Virus record (IMG/VR): IMGVR_UViG_3300027793_000086
Strand: one strand, 5' to 3'
From: an uncultured virus (IMG/VR IMGVR_UViG_3300027793_000086)
Lineage: Duplodnaviria > Heunggongvirae > Uroviricota > Caudoviricetes
Length of the DNA stretch: 64,000 nucleotides
The position numbers and the translations under genes are program-made. The notes beneath the pieces were generated by a model. It had not been told where the DNA came from and ran no database searches. It worked only from the letters and a program-made list of their open reading frames with translations. Below are positions 24,789 to 32,920 of this stretch, in pieces (position 1 is the stretch's first letter; each line of letters opens with the position of its first letter).

Positions 24789-25095
24789 CCGCGAACTGCT
24801 TGAGGCCGCTGCGAAGGCAGCGGGTCTGACCATCGGCGCTTGGAGCGACAACTACGGCGCGTTTATGTACCGAGGTGTGGAGCCGGGTAAAAGTTGGTGG
24901 AACCCCCTCACCGACGACGGCGATGCGCTGCGGTTGGCGGTGAAGTTGGAACTGCAGCTTGACCTGCGGCACAGTTTCCACACGGTGCGCGTATACGGCG
25001 CAGCGGAAGGCCGAATTGACGAAAGTGGTGACCCCTACGCCGCCACCCGCCGCGCCGTCGTCAGGGCTGCGGCTGAGATATTGGAAGGAGCATGA
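24781..25095 (+). CDS. Hypothetical protein (WNPL.DDGDALRLAV family)
   Basis: MTDRELLEAAAKAAG...ATRRAVVRAAAEI. Confidence 0.7.
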   Translation: MTDRELLEAAAKAAGLTIGAWSDNYGAFMYRGVEPGKSWWNPLTDDGDALRLAVKLELQLDLRHSFHTVRVYGAAEGRIDESGDPYAATRRAVVRAAAEILEGA

Positions 25096-25096
25096 A

Positions 25097-25429
25097 ATGA
25101 CTGACTTGATGTACACACTGAGCTATTACAAGCCGCAGACCACAACGGTGCTGGTGAGCCGACCTTGGTGGGCCTTCTGGCGTCACGACAAACTGGAGCA
25201 CAAGCAGACGATGACGCGGTTCGTCTTTGCCGGATTGCCAGAAGACGAAGCCAAGATTCTGATGGACGGTGGGGAATCCAGCGGCAAGCGACTCGCGTAC
25301 AGACTGATGGGCTCTGACGCCACCATGTTTCAAATGACAACACGACCGGCAACGACTTACGCGACAACAACGGGCCACTACGTTGAAACGGCGGGGCACA
25401 ACCTGATACGAAAGAGCGAACCGAAATGA
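25097..25429 (+). CDS. Hypothetical protein
   Basis: MTDLMYTL...RPWWAFW; RBS AAGGAG. Confidence 0.55.
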   Translation: MTDLMYTLSYYKPQTTTVLVSRPWWAFWRHDKLEHKQTMTRFVFAGLPEDEAKILMDGGESSGKRLAYRLMGSDATMFQMTTRPATTYATTTGHYVETAGHNLIRKSEPK

Positions 25430-25788
25430 CAACACTACGCGAAGTTGCTCAGCAGGCGCTGGAGGCGTTGGAGACGGTATTCATGCCGCACCATCCTGCA
25501 GTCATCTCCCTACGCGCCGCGCTGGAGCAGCCGGAGCAGGAGCCGGTGGCGTGGATGGTTTACACGCAGGATGGGAAGTCTGTGTGCGTGACCGACAACC
25601 CTGCTGACTTCATTGAGTGGCGCTCGTTTCCCCTCTACACCCACCCACCCCGCCGCGAGTGGCGAGGGCTGAGCAAGGATGAATCGCTGAAGATGTGGGG
25701 CATGCGCAGCGACGGCCCCAGCAACCTTGAAATTATCGGCTTTGCCCGCGCCATTGAGGCCGCTTTAAGGAGCAAGAACTATGAGTGA
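25426..25788 (+). CDS. Hypothetical protein (QQALEALE/EPVAW/PLYT modular family)
   Basis: 120 aa; partly paralogous to the next gene. Confidence 0.7.
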   Translation: MTTLREVAQQALEALETVFMPHHPAVISLRAALEQPEQEPVAWMVYTQDGKSVCVTDNPADFIEWRSFPLYTHPPRREWRGLSKDESLKMWGMRSDGPSNLEIIGFARAIEAALRSKNYE

Positions 25789-26029
25789 CCTGCGAGACGC
25801 TGCGCGTCAGGCGCTGGAGGCTTTAGAGTTCATGGCAGACGAATGGGGCTTTACGCAAAAGGCAAACAGACCTGAACGATGGCAAGCAATTGACTCCCTC
25901 CGCGCCGCGTTGGAGCAGCCCGAACGCACTCTCACCGACGAGGTCATCGCTGACCTGTGGCATGCCAACGGTGGGTTCCATCATCACTTCGCTCGGGCGG
26001 TAGAGCGGTATCTGAAGGGGGAGAAATGA
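25781..26029 (+). CDS. Hypothetical protein (paralog of the preceding gene)
   Basis: LR..A.QALEALE...LRAALEQPE...FARA.E. Confidence 0.7.
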   Translation: MSDLRDAARQALEALEFMADEWGFTQKANRPERWQAIDSLRAALEQPERTLTDEVIADLWHANGGFHHHFARAVERYLKGEK

Positions 26030-26229
26030 AATGTCCGACATGCAATGCCTGGACGGAGGTGGTATCCACGCGCAGTGTTTGGAGGCGCAGGCAGTGTGCG
26101 AACGGTCACCGTTTCAACACCGTCGAAACCCTGACAAAACTTGGCCCTTCCTCTTTTCATACAAAGAAGACAAAGTCTTCGTCAACCGAGCCAGACGAAC
26201 AACCAAAGCGGACGCCACGAGAATGGTAG
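26026..26229 (+). CDS. NrdR-like Zn-ribbon protein
   Basis: MKCPTC...V..TR..RRRQC..GHRFNT.E. Confidence 0.65.
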   Translation: MKCPTCNAWTEVVSTRSVWRRRQCANGHRFNTVETLTKLGPSSFHTKKTKSSSTEPDEQPKRTPREW

Positions 26230-26245
26230 AAGACGCACTGTTTTA

Positions 26246-26403
26246 AGCGGGCATTGCATAGCTGCGGAAGCGGTTCTATCCTCACAGATGTGAAGCCGAC
26301 ACAAGACGCGGGCAACCGCGTCGCTCCGCGCAGTACACGCTGCCCGCTACATACTTTTGTGGCGTGTGCTGCCCCTCCGAAACCCAGAACCGAGGGGGCT
26401 GGG
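26246..26403 (+). ncRNA. Putative structured RNA (long hairpin plus possible pseudoknot)
   Basis: AGCGGGCA/TGCCCGCT closing stem, GACGCGG-GCAA-CCGCGTC hairpin, interleaved CCCCTC/GAGGGG and CCCAG/CTGGG pairings. Confidence 0.45.
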
Positions 26404-26452
26404 AATCTGTGTATCCCCCTCAACCCCCAACAACTAACCACACCCCAACATC

Positions 26453-26728
26453 ATGCACAAACTCATGACCGAAGCAGACCTACAGATGCTGCAGGCCAAA
26501 GCGGTGGCGAATGCCACACAAGTGGGCGGCGCTCACTACAAACAGCACACCTACGAAACGTGGGATGTCATCCTCGACTGGCAGCTAGGGTATCTAGACG
26601 GCAACGCTGTCAAGTACCTATCCCGCTGGCGCTCAAAGGGCGGCGTGCAAGACCTGAAGAAGGCGGCACACTACATCCAGAAACTCATTGAAGTGGAGGA
26701 ATTCAACGATGGCAACCCCGGAAAATAA
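26453..26728 (+). CDS. DUF3310 family (T7 gp1.7-like nucleotide kinase) protein
   Basis: QVGGAHY...GNAVKYLSR...K.G.QDLKKA.HY. Confidence 0.8.
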   Translation: MHKLMTEADLQMLQAKAVANATQVGGAHYKQHTYETWDVILDWQLGYLDGNAVKYLSRWRSKGGVQDLKKAAHYIQKLIEVEEFNDGNPGK

Positions 26729-27011
26729 AGTCAAAGCTAAGTGCGTTGACATCATCAAGAAGTACAAAGGCTATTACTTCTTCCCTGCACAGAATGGCTA
26801 CGGTCGAGCAGGCATACCAGACATCATCGTGTGCTACCGAGGCATGTTCCTGGGTGTAGAATGCAAGGCTGGATTCAATAAGCCCACTGCTCTACAAGAG
26901 CGTGAGATGGCAGACATCCACCGTGCCGGTGGGTCCGCGATGGTGGTGCGCGAAGACACTACTGAACTGCTAGAAGAGTGGTTCCATGAGAGATCACAAT
27001 GGACATCCTGA
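26709..27011 (+). CDS. VRR-NUC domain nuclease
   Basis: TPE.KVK, G.PDII, F.GVECKA, PTALQ. Confidence 0.85.
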   Translation: MATPENKVKAKCVDIIKKYKGYYFFPAQNGYGRAGIPDIIVCYRGMFLGVECKAGFNKPTALQEREMADIHRAGGSAMVVREDTTELLEEWFHERSQWTS

Positions 27012-28933
27012 CGTTGGATTTCGAGACCTATTACGACAAGGATTTCAGTCTCAGCAAGCTGACGATGGAGCACTACATCCGCGACCCGCGCTTCGAAGTC
27101 ATCATGCTCGGGATTCGCTGGCCGGATGGCACCAAGGAGATCGTCACCGGCAGCCACGAGGAGGTGCAGTACCGGCTCGATGGCATCGAGTGGGGTAAGT
27201 ACGCGGTGCTGTGCCACAACACGCTCTTCGATGCTGCCATCCTGTCATGGAGGTTTGGGGTCAATCCCGCTGCGTGGCTGGACACCCTGTCGATGGCACG
27301 TGCCATGTTCGGTATGAAGGGCAACTCGCTGGCCCTGCTTGCCAAGCGGTACGGGCTGGAGGACAAGGGCACTGCCGTGCAGAACGCGATGGGCAAACGT
27401 CGCTGTGACTTCACGCCGCAAGAGTTCAAGGAGTACGCTGACTACTGCCTGCACGACGTGCAGCTATGCCATGAACTGTTCTTCCTGATGTCCAACGGGT
27501 GGTACAAGCCCGAGACGTTCGACCATCGAGACCCCTACCCCCGCAAGGAACTGGAGTTGATCGACCGGCTCATCAGGATGTACACCGAGCCCACGCTGCG
27601 CTTGAACGCGCAGAAGCTGGAGGAGCACCTTGCCGATGTGGTGCGGCGCAAGGATGAACTGCTGACCAAGGCGGGTATCGCCAAGGAAGACCTGATGTCC
27701 AACCCGAAGTTCGCTTTGGTGCTGGAGTCGTTCGGTGTGTCCCCGCCGATGAAGATCAGTGCCACGACAGGCAAGCAAGCGTTCGCTTTCGCCAAGACCG
27801 ACCCGGGTATGAAGGCCCTGCTGGAGCACCCTGACGACCGAGTGCAGGCTGTGGTGGCTGCCCGGATGGGGGTCAAGAGCACCCTGGAGGAGACGCGCAC
27901 GCAGCGGTTCATCGACATGGCGCAGCGCAACCCGCTGTTCCCGGTGCCTCTGAGATATTCTGCTGCGAGAACGCACCGCTTGGGTGGCACTGATGGTATA
28001 AACCTGCAGAACCTACCGGCCCGTGGGGCACAAGCCAACAAGCTCAAGAAGTGCATCGAGGCACCTCCGGGCCATGTGATCATCGACTGCGACTCGTCCA
28101 ACATCGAGGCGCGGATGCTTGCGTGGCTGGCGGGGCAGGATGACCTCGTGCAAGACTTCGCCAACGGCGTGGATGTGTACTGCAAGATGGCGAGTAAGAT
28201 CTTCGGTAGGCCGATAACGAAGGCGGATAAGGTAGAGCGGTTCGTAGGCAAGACGGTAGTTTTAGGTTGCGGCTACCAAACGGGGGCGATGAAACTTCAG
28301 ATCACACTGAAGGCGTCCGAGATGAACATGGACTTGGAATTGAGCGAGTGCAAGAACATCATCGACACGTACCGTAACTCAGTGCCTGCCATCACGAGAC
28401 TATGGAGGACGGGGGATAGCGCGATTGAAGCTATGCACAGGAATACGTCCATGTGGTTCGGGCGTGAAGGTGTTGCACTGGTCGAGGGTAACAAAGGCAT
28501 CAAGCTACCCAGCGGACTGTACATCAGCTACCCGCAGCTACACCGTGCGGTGAAGAGCAAGAACGGCATGGCGTTTGAAGCATGGCAGTACAAAGACGAA
28601 ACCGGACTGGTGGATATATACGGAGGAAAAAGTGTTGAAAATCTGGTGCAGGCGCTGGCGCGTATCATTGTGATGCAGCAGCTACTAAAGATCTCTAAGA
28701 AGCTGCACGTGGTGTTGACTGTTCATGATGCGGTGGCTGCGATAGTTCCGGTAGGCGACGTGTCCAAGGCTATAAGGTACGACGAAGAGAAACGGTGCTA
28801 CGTACCTGTTTCTGAAGAGGCGAAGGGCGCTGTTGCATACGTTGAGGAATGTATGCGTTGGGTTCCGAAGTGGGCAGCGGGCTGCCCTATCAACTGTGAA
28901 AGTGGGATTGGAAGGACGTACGGTGATTGCTGA
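26999..28933 (+). CDS. polA: Family A DNA polymerase with 3'-5' exonuclease domain
   Basis: ExoI DFET, HNTLFD, YCLHD; NLQN; motif A DSSNIEAR; motif B RFVGKTVVLGCGY; motif C VHD. Confidence 0.93.
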   Translation: MDILTLDFETYYDKDFSLSKLTMEHYIRDPRFEVIMLGIRWPDGTKEIVTGSHEEVQYRLDGIEWGKYAVLCHNTLFDAAILSWRFGVNPAAWLDTLSMARAMFGMKGNSLALLAKRYGLEDKGTAVQNAMGKRRCDFTPQEFKEYADYCLHDVQLCHELFFLMSNGWYKPETFDHRDPYPRKELELIDRLIRMYTEPTLRLNAQKLEEHLADVVRRKDELLTKAGIAKEDLMSNPKFALVLESFGVSPPMKISATTGKQAFAFAKTDPGMKALLEHPDDRVQAVVAARMGVKSTLEETRTQRFIDMAQRNPLFPVPLRYSAARTHRLGGTDGINLQNLPARGAQANKLKKCIEAPPGHVIIDCDSSNIEARMLAWLAGQDDLVQDFANGVDVYCKMASKIFGRPITKADKVERFVGKTVVLGCGYQTGAMKLQITLKASEMNMDLELSECKNIIDTYRNSVPAITRLWRTGDSAIEAMHRNTSMWFGREGVALVEGNKGIKLPSGLYISYPQLHRAVKSKNGMAFEAWQYKDETGLVDIYGGKSVENLVQALARIIVMQQLLKISKKLHVVLTVHDAVAAIVPVGDVSKAIRYDEEKRCYVPVSEEAKGAVAYVEECMRWVPKWAAGCPINCESGIGRTYGDC

Positions 28934-29102
28934 AGTTATTGACTACGCTTACCCCTGCATGATGGCAGAGAAGGCACTGAAGGAACTGCATCAAGCGATG
29001 CTGAATAACGACTACGACGCTGCGCTTGAGCATGCGTTGACTGCGATGGCAGAGACCAAGCTGGCCTACAACGCCATCCGGCACACCAAGGAATCGCAAT
29101 GA
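28923..29102 (+). CDS. Hypothetical protein
   Basis: GTG start, IDYAYPCMMAEKALK..., helical. Confidence 0.6.
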   Translation: MIAEVIDYAYPCMMAEKALKELHQAMLNNDYDAALEHALTAMAETKLAYNAIRHTKESQ

Positions 29103-29779
29103 GTCTGCCCGGTGCTTGGTCGTACAGTGGCCTGAAGAAGTTCAAGACGTGCCCGAAGCAGTTTGCCGAGGTCAAGGTCTACAAGAACTTCACCGAGCCG
29201 CCCTTCACTGAGGCCACACTGTACGGGACCAACTTCCACGAGGCGGCAGAACTCTACGTGCGCGATGGCACCCCGCTGTCTGAAGCGTTCGCATACGTCA
29301 AGCCGCATCTGGATGCCCTGCGGTCCATACCGGGGACCAAGCACTGCGAGTACAAGATGGGTCTGACCGAGGCTATGGAGCCTTGCGCGTTCGACGCCCC
29401 TGGGGTATGGTGCCGGGGTGTGGCAGACCTGCTCATCGTTAACGAGGAGAAGGGTGTCGCCCGGGTGGTGGACTACAAGACCGGCAAGTCAGCCAAGTAC
29501 GCGGACACCGCGCAGTTGGAACTCATGGCGCTGATGGTCTTCAAGCACTTCCCCTCGGTGCACCGGGTCAAGGCAGGACTGCTCTTCGTGGTGGCGAACG
29601 ACTTCAAGCGGGCCGAGTACGACAAGACTCAGGAGAAGAACTACTGGCGCACATGGATGCAGGACATCCACCGCCTGGAGACCGCGTACAAGACCGGGGT
29701 GTGGAACCCAAACCCGTCAGGACTGTGCCGTAAGCACTGCGTAGTTACATCCTGCCCACACAACGGAGTCAACAAATGA
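29099..29779 (+). CDS. PD-(D/E)XK exonuclease (RecB/Cas4-like)
   Basis: WSYS..K.F..CP, GT.FH, RG.AD, VDYKTG, QL, C-terminal Cys cluster. Confidence 0.85.
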   Translation: MSLPGAWSYSGLKKFKTCPKQFAEVKVYKNFTEPPFTEATLYGTNFHEAAELYVRDGTPLSEAFAYVKPHLDALRSIPGTKHCEYKMGLTEAMEPCAFDAPGVWCRGVADLLIVNEEKGVARVVDYKTGKSAKYADTAQLELMALMVFKHFPSVHRVKAGLLFVVANDFKRAEYDKTQEKNYWRTWMQDIHRLETAYKTGVWNPNPSGLCRKHCVVTSCPHNGVNK

Positions 29780-29819
29780 GCAAATGGGTGCAGTTAGAAC
29801 TTGATTTTGGAGATCCATC

Positions 29820-30089
29820 ATGCCCTACAAAGATCCCAACGATAGAGACCATCGTAAAGAGTACGCTGACTTCCTTGCAAACGGAGGCAGAGCAAAGCAG
29901 TCTGAGCGACAGCGTGCACGCCGAGCCTGGGACAAAGAACACGGTAAGGATTCTCGAAAGGGAAAAGCCCTTGATCACGTGAAGCCGATCAAGGACGGGG
30001 GCAAGAGCACCCCGGGTAACGTGAAGCTCAAGAGCTTCAGCGCAAACAGCGCAAAGAATTTCAAAGGTCCCCGCTCAGGCGGGCGTTGA
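29820..30089 (+). CDS. Small HNH-like protein
   Basis: GKALDHVKPIKDGG...N......N; RBS GGAG. Confidence 0.7.
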   Translation: MPYKDPNDRDHRKEYADFLANGGRAKQSERQRARRAWDKEHGKDSRKGKALDHVKPIKDGGKSTPGNVKLKSFSANSAKNFKGPRSGGR

Positions 30090-30114
30090 CGTGTAGCCCC
30101 GCTGGGGCTATGCT
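30086..30114 (+). promoter_or_regulatory. sigma70 promoter with palindromic spacer
   Basis: TTGACG-17 nt-TATGCT; TAGCCCC-GCT-GGGGCTA overlaps the spacer and -10. Confidence 0.6.
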
Positions 30115-30197
30115 TGTTTCCCCCGGCTCGACCGGGACTCGTGGCTCGATGGGATCACCCTATCGAGCCGTTCTGCCATTCTCACTAGGAGATAAAA

Positions 30198-30734
30198 ATG
30201 ACACAGATGAAGAACGTCATGATAGACATTGAGACGCTGGGTACTCGTCCCGGAGATACGATCTTGTCGATCGGTGCTGTGAAATTCACAGCCGAAGAAG
30301 GTATCACTGAAGAGTTCTATGTGACCATCGACCCAGAGACCTGCAAGAATGCGGGTTTGCGTGCGCAGAAGAGCACGCTGGAGTGGTGGGAAAAGCAATC
30401 CCCCGAGGCCCGCGCCGCTGCGTTCAAAGGGGAACTGTCCCTCAACGTAGCACTCACCAAGCTGACGATGTGGATGCCCCCGCTGGACAGCGTGCTGGTG
30501 TGGGGTAACGGAGCGAACTTCGACAATACGCTGGTGGCTGCGGCGTACCGAGCCATGAAGATGGACGTGCCTTGGCACTACTGGAACGATAGGTGCTACC
30601 GCACCATCGCCAATATGTTCCTGAAGACCCGCGTGGAGCGAGTAGGCACCGGACACCATGCGCTTGACGACGCCAAGACACAGACCTTGCGCCTGCTGAA
30701 GATGCAAGAAGAAGCCAAGTTCACGCTGAAGTGA
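30198..30734 (+). CDS. DEDDh 3'-5' exonuclease (ExoVIII N-terminal/DUF5051-like)
   Basis: MIDIETLG, WGNGANFD, RCYRT, HHALDDA. Confidence 0.88.
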   Translation: MTQMKNVMIDIETLGTRPGDTILSIGAVKFTAEEGITEEFYVTIDPETCKNAGLRAQKSTLEWWEKQSPEARAAAFKGELSLNVALTKLTMWMPPLDSVLVWGNGANFDNTLVAAAYRAMKMDVPWHYWNDRCYRTIANMFLKTRVERVGTGHHALDDAKTQTLRLLKMQEEAKFTLK

Positions 30735-30742
30735 GGTAAGTC

Positions 30743-30940
30743 ATGGCTACGCAAAAAGAACTCAAAGATATCTGTCATCTTATGTTTGAAATCTTGAGTG
30801 ACAGTGACCTAACAAACTCAGAAGCACTGGAGATAGCACTCAACTTTTACGGGACAGTCTGCGTTCAAACTGATGTAACTGTTCATGATGCTGTAGGTGG
30901 GGTCATGACCTTCTACAAAAAACAACATGCAAATAGTTGA
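30743..30940 (+). CDS. Hypothetical protein
   Basis: 65 aa, RBS GAGG, AT-richer. Confidence 0.6.
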   Translation: MATQKELKDICHLMFEILSDSDLTNSEALEIALNFYGTVCVQTDVTVHDAVGGVMTFYKKQHANS

Positions 30941-32468
30941 AGACAAAGCTCTGCTGCTCAAGCTCAAGCACCCCGAGCGGGTGCTGAACACCATCCCGAA
31001 AAGCAAACGCTTGGACGATGGGCAGGTGCTGGTGCGGTGGGGGCTTGAGGAAGCACAGGTGCTGAAGAACCTCGGTGTTCGGTCGGTGCCTTCTCCCATC
31101 GAGCGCAGGTACAAGTGGCCTGGGCTGTTCAAGCCCTTCGAACACCAGAAGGACACCGCATCGTTCCTTACCCTGCACCGCAGGGCGTTCTGCTTCAACG
31201 ACCCGGGCACGGGCAAGACTGCATCCTTCGCCTGGGCTGCTGACTACCTGCTGGACAAAAAGTACATCAGCCGTGTGCTGGTGATCTGCCCGCTGTCAAT
31301 CATGAACTCGGCGTGGAGAGCAGACCTGTTCAAGACGCTGATGCACCGCAGGGTGGATGTGGCCCACGGCAGTCGGGACAAGCGGGTCAAGGTGATCAAG
31401 TCCGACGCTGAGTTTGTCATCATCAACTTCGATGGTGTGGAGACGGTGCTCGATGAACTCAGAGCAGGTGGGTTTGACCTTGTGATTATTGATGAAGCAA
31501 ATGCGGTGAAGACCGCTACGACGAAAAGATGGAAAGCAATCAACTCATTACTAACTCCCAACACATGGCTGTGGATGGCAACGGGGACACCAGCATCTCA
31601 GGCCCCGACAGACGCATACGGTTTGGCCCGTATGTTGAACCCTTCCTCCGTGCCTCCGTACTTCTATTCCTTCAGGGATACAGTCATGTACAAGGCAACG
31701 CAATTCAAATGGACCGCAAAGAAAAACGCAGCAGAGATCGTCAACAAGGTGCTGCAACCCGCCATACGTTACACCAAGGATGAGTGCCTGGACCTGCCTG
31801 AGCTTCTGTACACGACACGTGAGGTAGACCTGACCCCGCAGCAGTCGAAGTATTACAAGATGCTCAAGGATCAGTTCATCATGGCAGCGGCAGGGGAGAC
31901 AGTCACCTCAGTCAACGCAGCGACCAACCTGAATAAACTTCTTCAAGTGGCAAGCGGTGCGGTTTATACGGACGATGGCAACACCGTCGAGTTCGACATC
32001 ACGAACCGGTACAACGTGCTGGTAGAAGCTATCGATGAGAGCACCCACAAGGTGCTGGTCTTCGTCCCGTTCCGCCATGCCATCGAGGTTCTGCGCGACA
32101 GGCTGCGCAAGGATGGGTACGCAGTGGAGGTGATTCACGGGGGCGTCTCAGTGACCCGCCGCACAGAGATCTTCCAAGCGTTTCAGACCGAGCCCGAGCC
32201 GCGCATCCTCCTCATACAGCCTGCGGCTGCATCGCATGGCGTCACCCTGCACGCTGCCAACACAGTGGTGTGGTGGGGTCCTGTCACTTCGAACGAGATC
32301 TGGCACCAAGCCAATGCACGGGTGCACCGTGCAGGCCAGAAGAACCCCTGCCTCGTGGTCAGGCTTTGCGGCTGCAACGTCGAGCGCAAGCTCTACGCGG
32401 CTCTGGACCTGAAGACCGAGGACATGGACTCCCTTCTCAATTTGTACAAGGAGGAGCTTGACGTTTGA
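30927..32468 (+). CDS. SNF2-family helicase
   Basis: PGTGKT, IIDEA, TGTP, HGVTL, QANARVHRAGQ. Confidence 0.9.
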   Translation: MQIVEDKALLLKLKHPERVLNTIPKSKRLDDGQVLVRWGLEEAQVLKNLGVRSVPSPIERRYKWPGLFKPFEHQKDTASFLTLHRRAFCFNDPGTGKTASFAWAADYLLDKKYISRVLVICPLSIMNSAWRADLFKTLMHRRVDVAHGSRDKRVKVIKSDAEFVIINFDGVETVLDELRAGGFDLVIIDEANAVKTATTKRWKAINSLLTPNTWLWMATGTPASQAPTDAYGLARMLNPSSVPPYFYSFRDTVMYKATQFKWTAKKNAAEIVNKVLQPAIRYTKDECLDLPELLYTTREVDLTPQQSKYYKMLKDQFIMAAAGETVTSVNAATNLNKLLQVASGAVYTDDGNTVEFDITNRYNVLVEAIDESTHKVLVFVPFRHAIEVLRDRLRKDGYAVEVIHGGVSVTRRTEIFQAFQTEPEPRILLIQPAAASHGVTLHAANTVVWWGPVTSNEIWHQANARVHRAGQKNPCLVVRLCGCNVERKLYAALDLKTEDMDSLLNLYKEELDV

Positions 32469-32486
32469 AAAGTTGCGAAGTAAACT
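32458..32486 (+). promoter_or_regulatory. sigma70 promoter
   Basis: TTGACG-17 nt-TAAACT. Confidence 0.6.
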
Positions 32487-32512
32487 CTGGTTTCCCTCAC
32501 TAGGAGCACAAC

Positions 32513-32917
32513 ATGGACGAGCAAGAAGAACTGCCGCCAACCAAAACTCTGGTCAAGGCGTACATCAAGATGCGCGATGCCCGAGCGGCGTTGAGCGCAG
32601 AGTTTGAGGCGAAGGATAAGGACCTCAAAGAACAAATGAGGGTGGTTGAAAACTACCTGCAAGAAGCCTGCAAACGTGCAGGCGGCAACGTCAGCATTCC
32701 CGGTGTTGGCGTAGTCATTCGCGGCGTGGATACACGCTACTGGACTTCTGACTGGGAGTCTATGCACAACTTCATCAAGGAGAACAACGCACTAGAACTG
32801 CTTGAACGACGCATAGCACAACGCGCTATGGGGGAATTCTTGAAAACCAATCCTGACAAAATGCCCAAGGGCATGAACGTCGAATCGAAGTACACAGTGA
32901 CCGTAAGGAGGTCTTAA
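32513..32917 (+). CDS. Conserved replication-module protein
   Basis: LVKAYIKMRD...YWTSDWESM..FI...LLERRI. Confidence 0.75.
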   Translation: MDEQEELPPTKTLVKAYIKMRDARAALSAEFEAKDKDLKEQMRVVENYLQEACKRAGGNVSIPGVGVVIRGVDTRYWTSDWESMHNFIKENNALELLERRIAQRAMGEFLKTNPDKMPKGMNVESKYTVTVRRS

Positions 32918-32920
32918 ATC

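Noticed and set aside
26031..26246. Alternative-frame ORF overlapping the NrdR-like gene (possible frameshift product)
   Set aside because: No canonical slippery heptamer; cannot be supported from the sequence alone
26999..28933. DpoZ / Z-base genome system
   Set aside because: No PurZ, DatZ or MazZ-like genes were recognised
29099..29779. Cas4-like nuclease as evidence of CRISPR-Cas
   Set aside because: Stand-alone PD-(D/E)XK exonucleases are routine in phage replication modules
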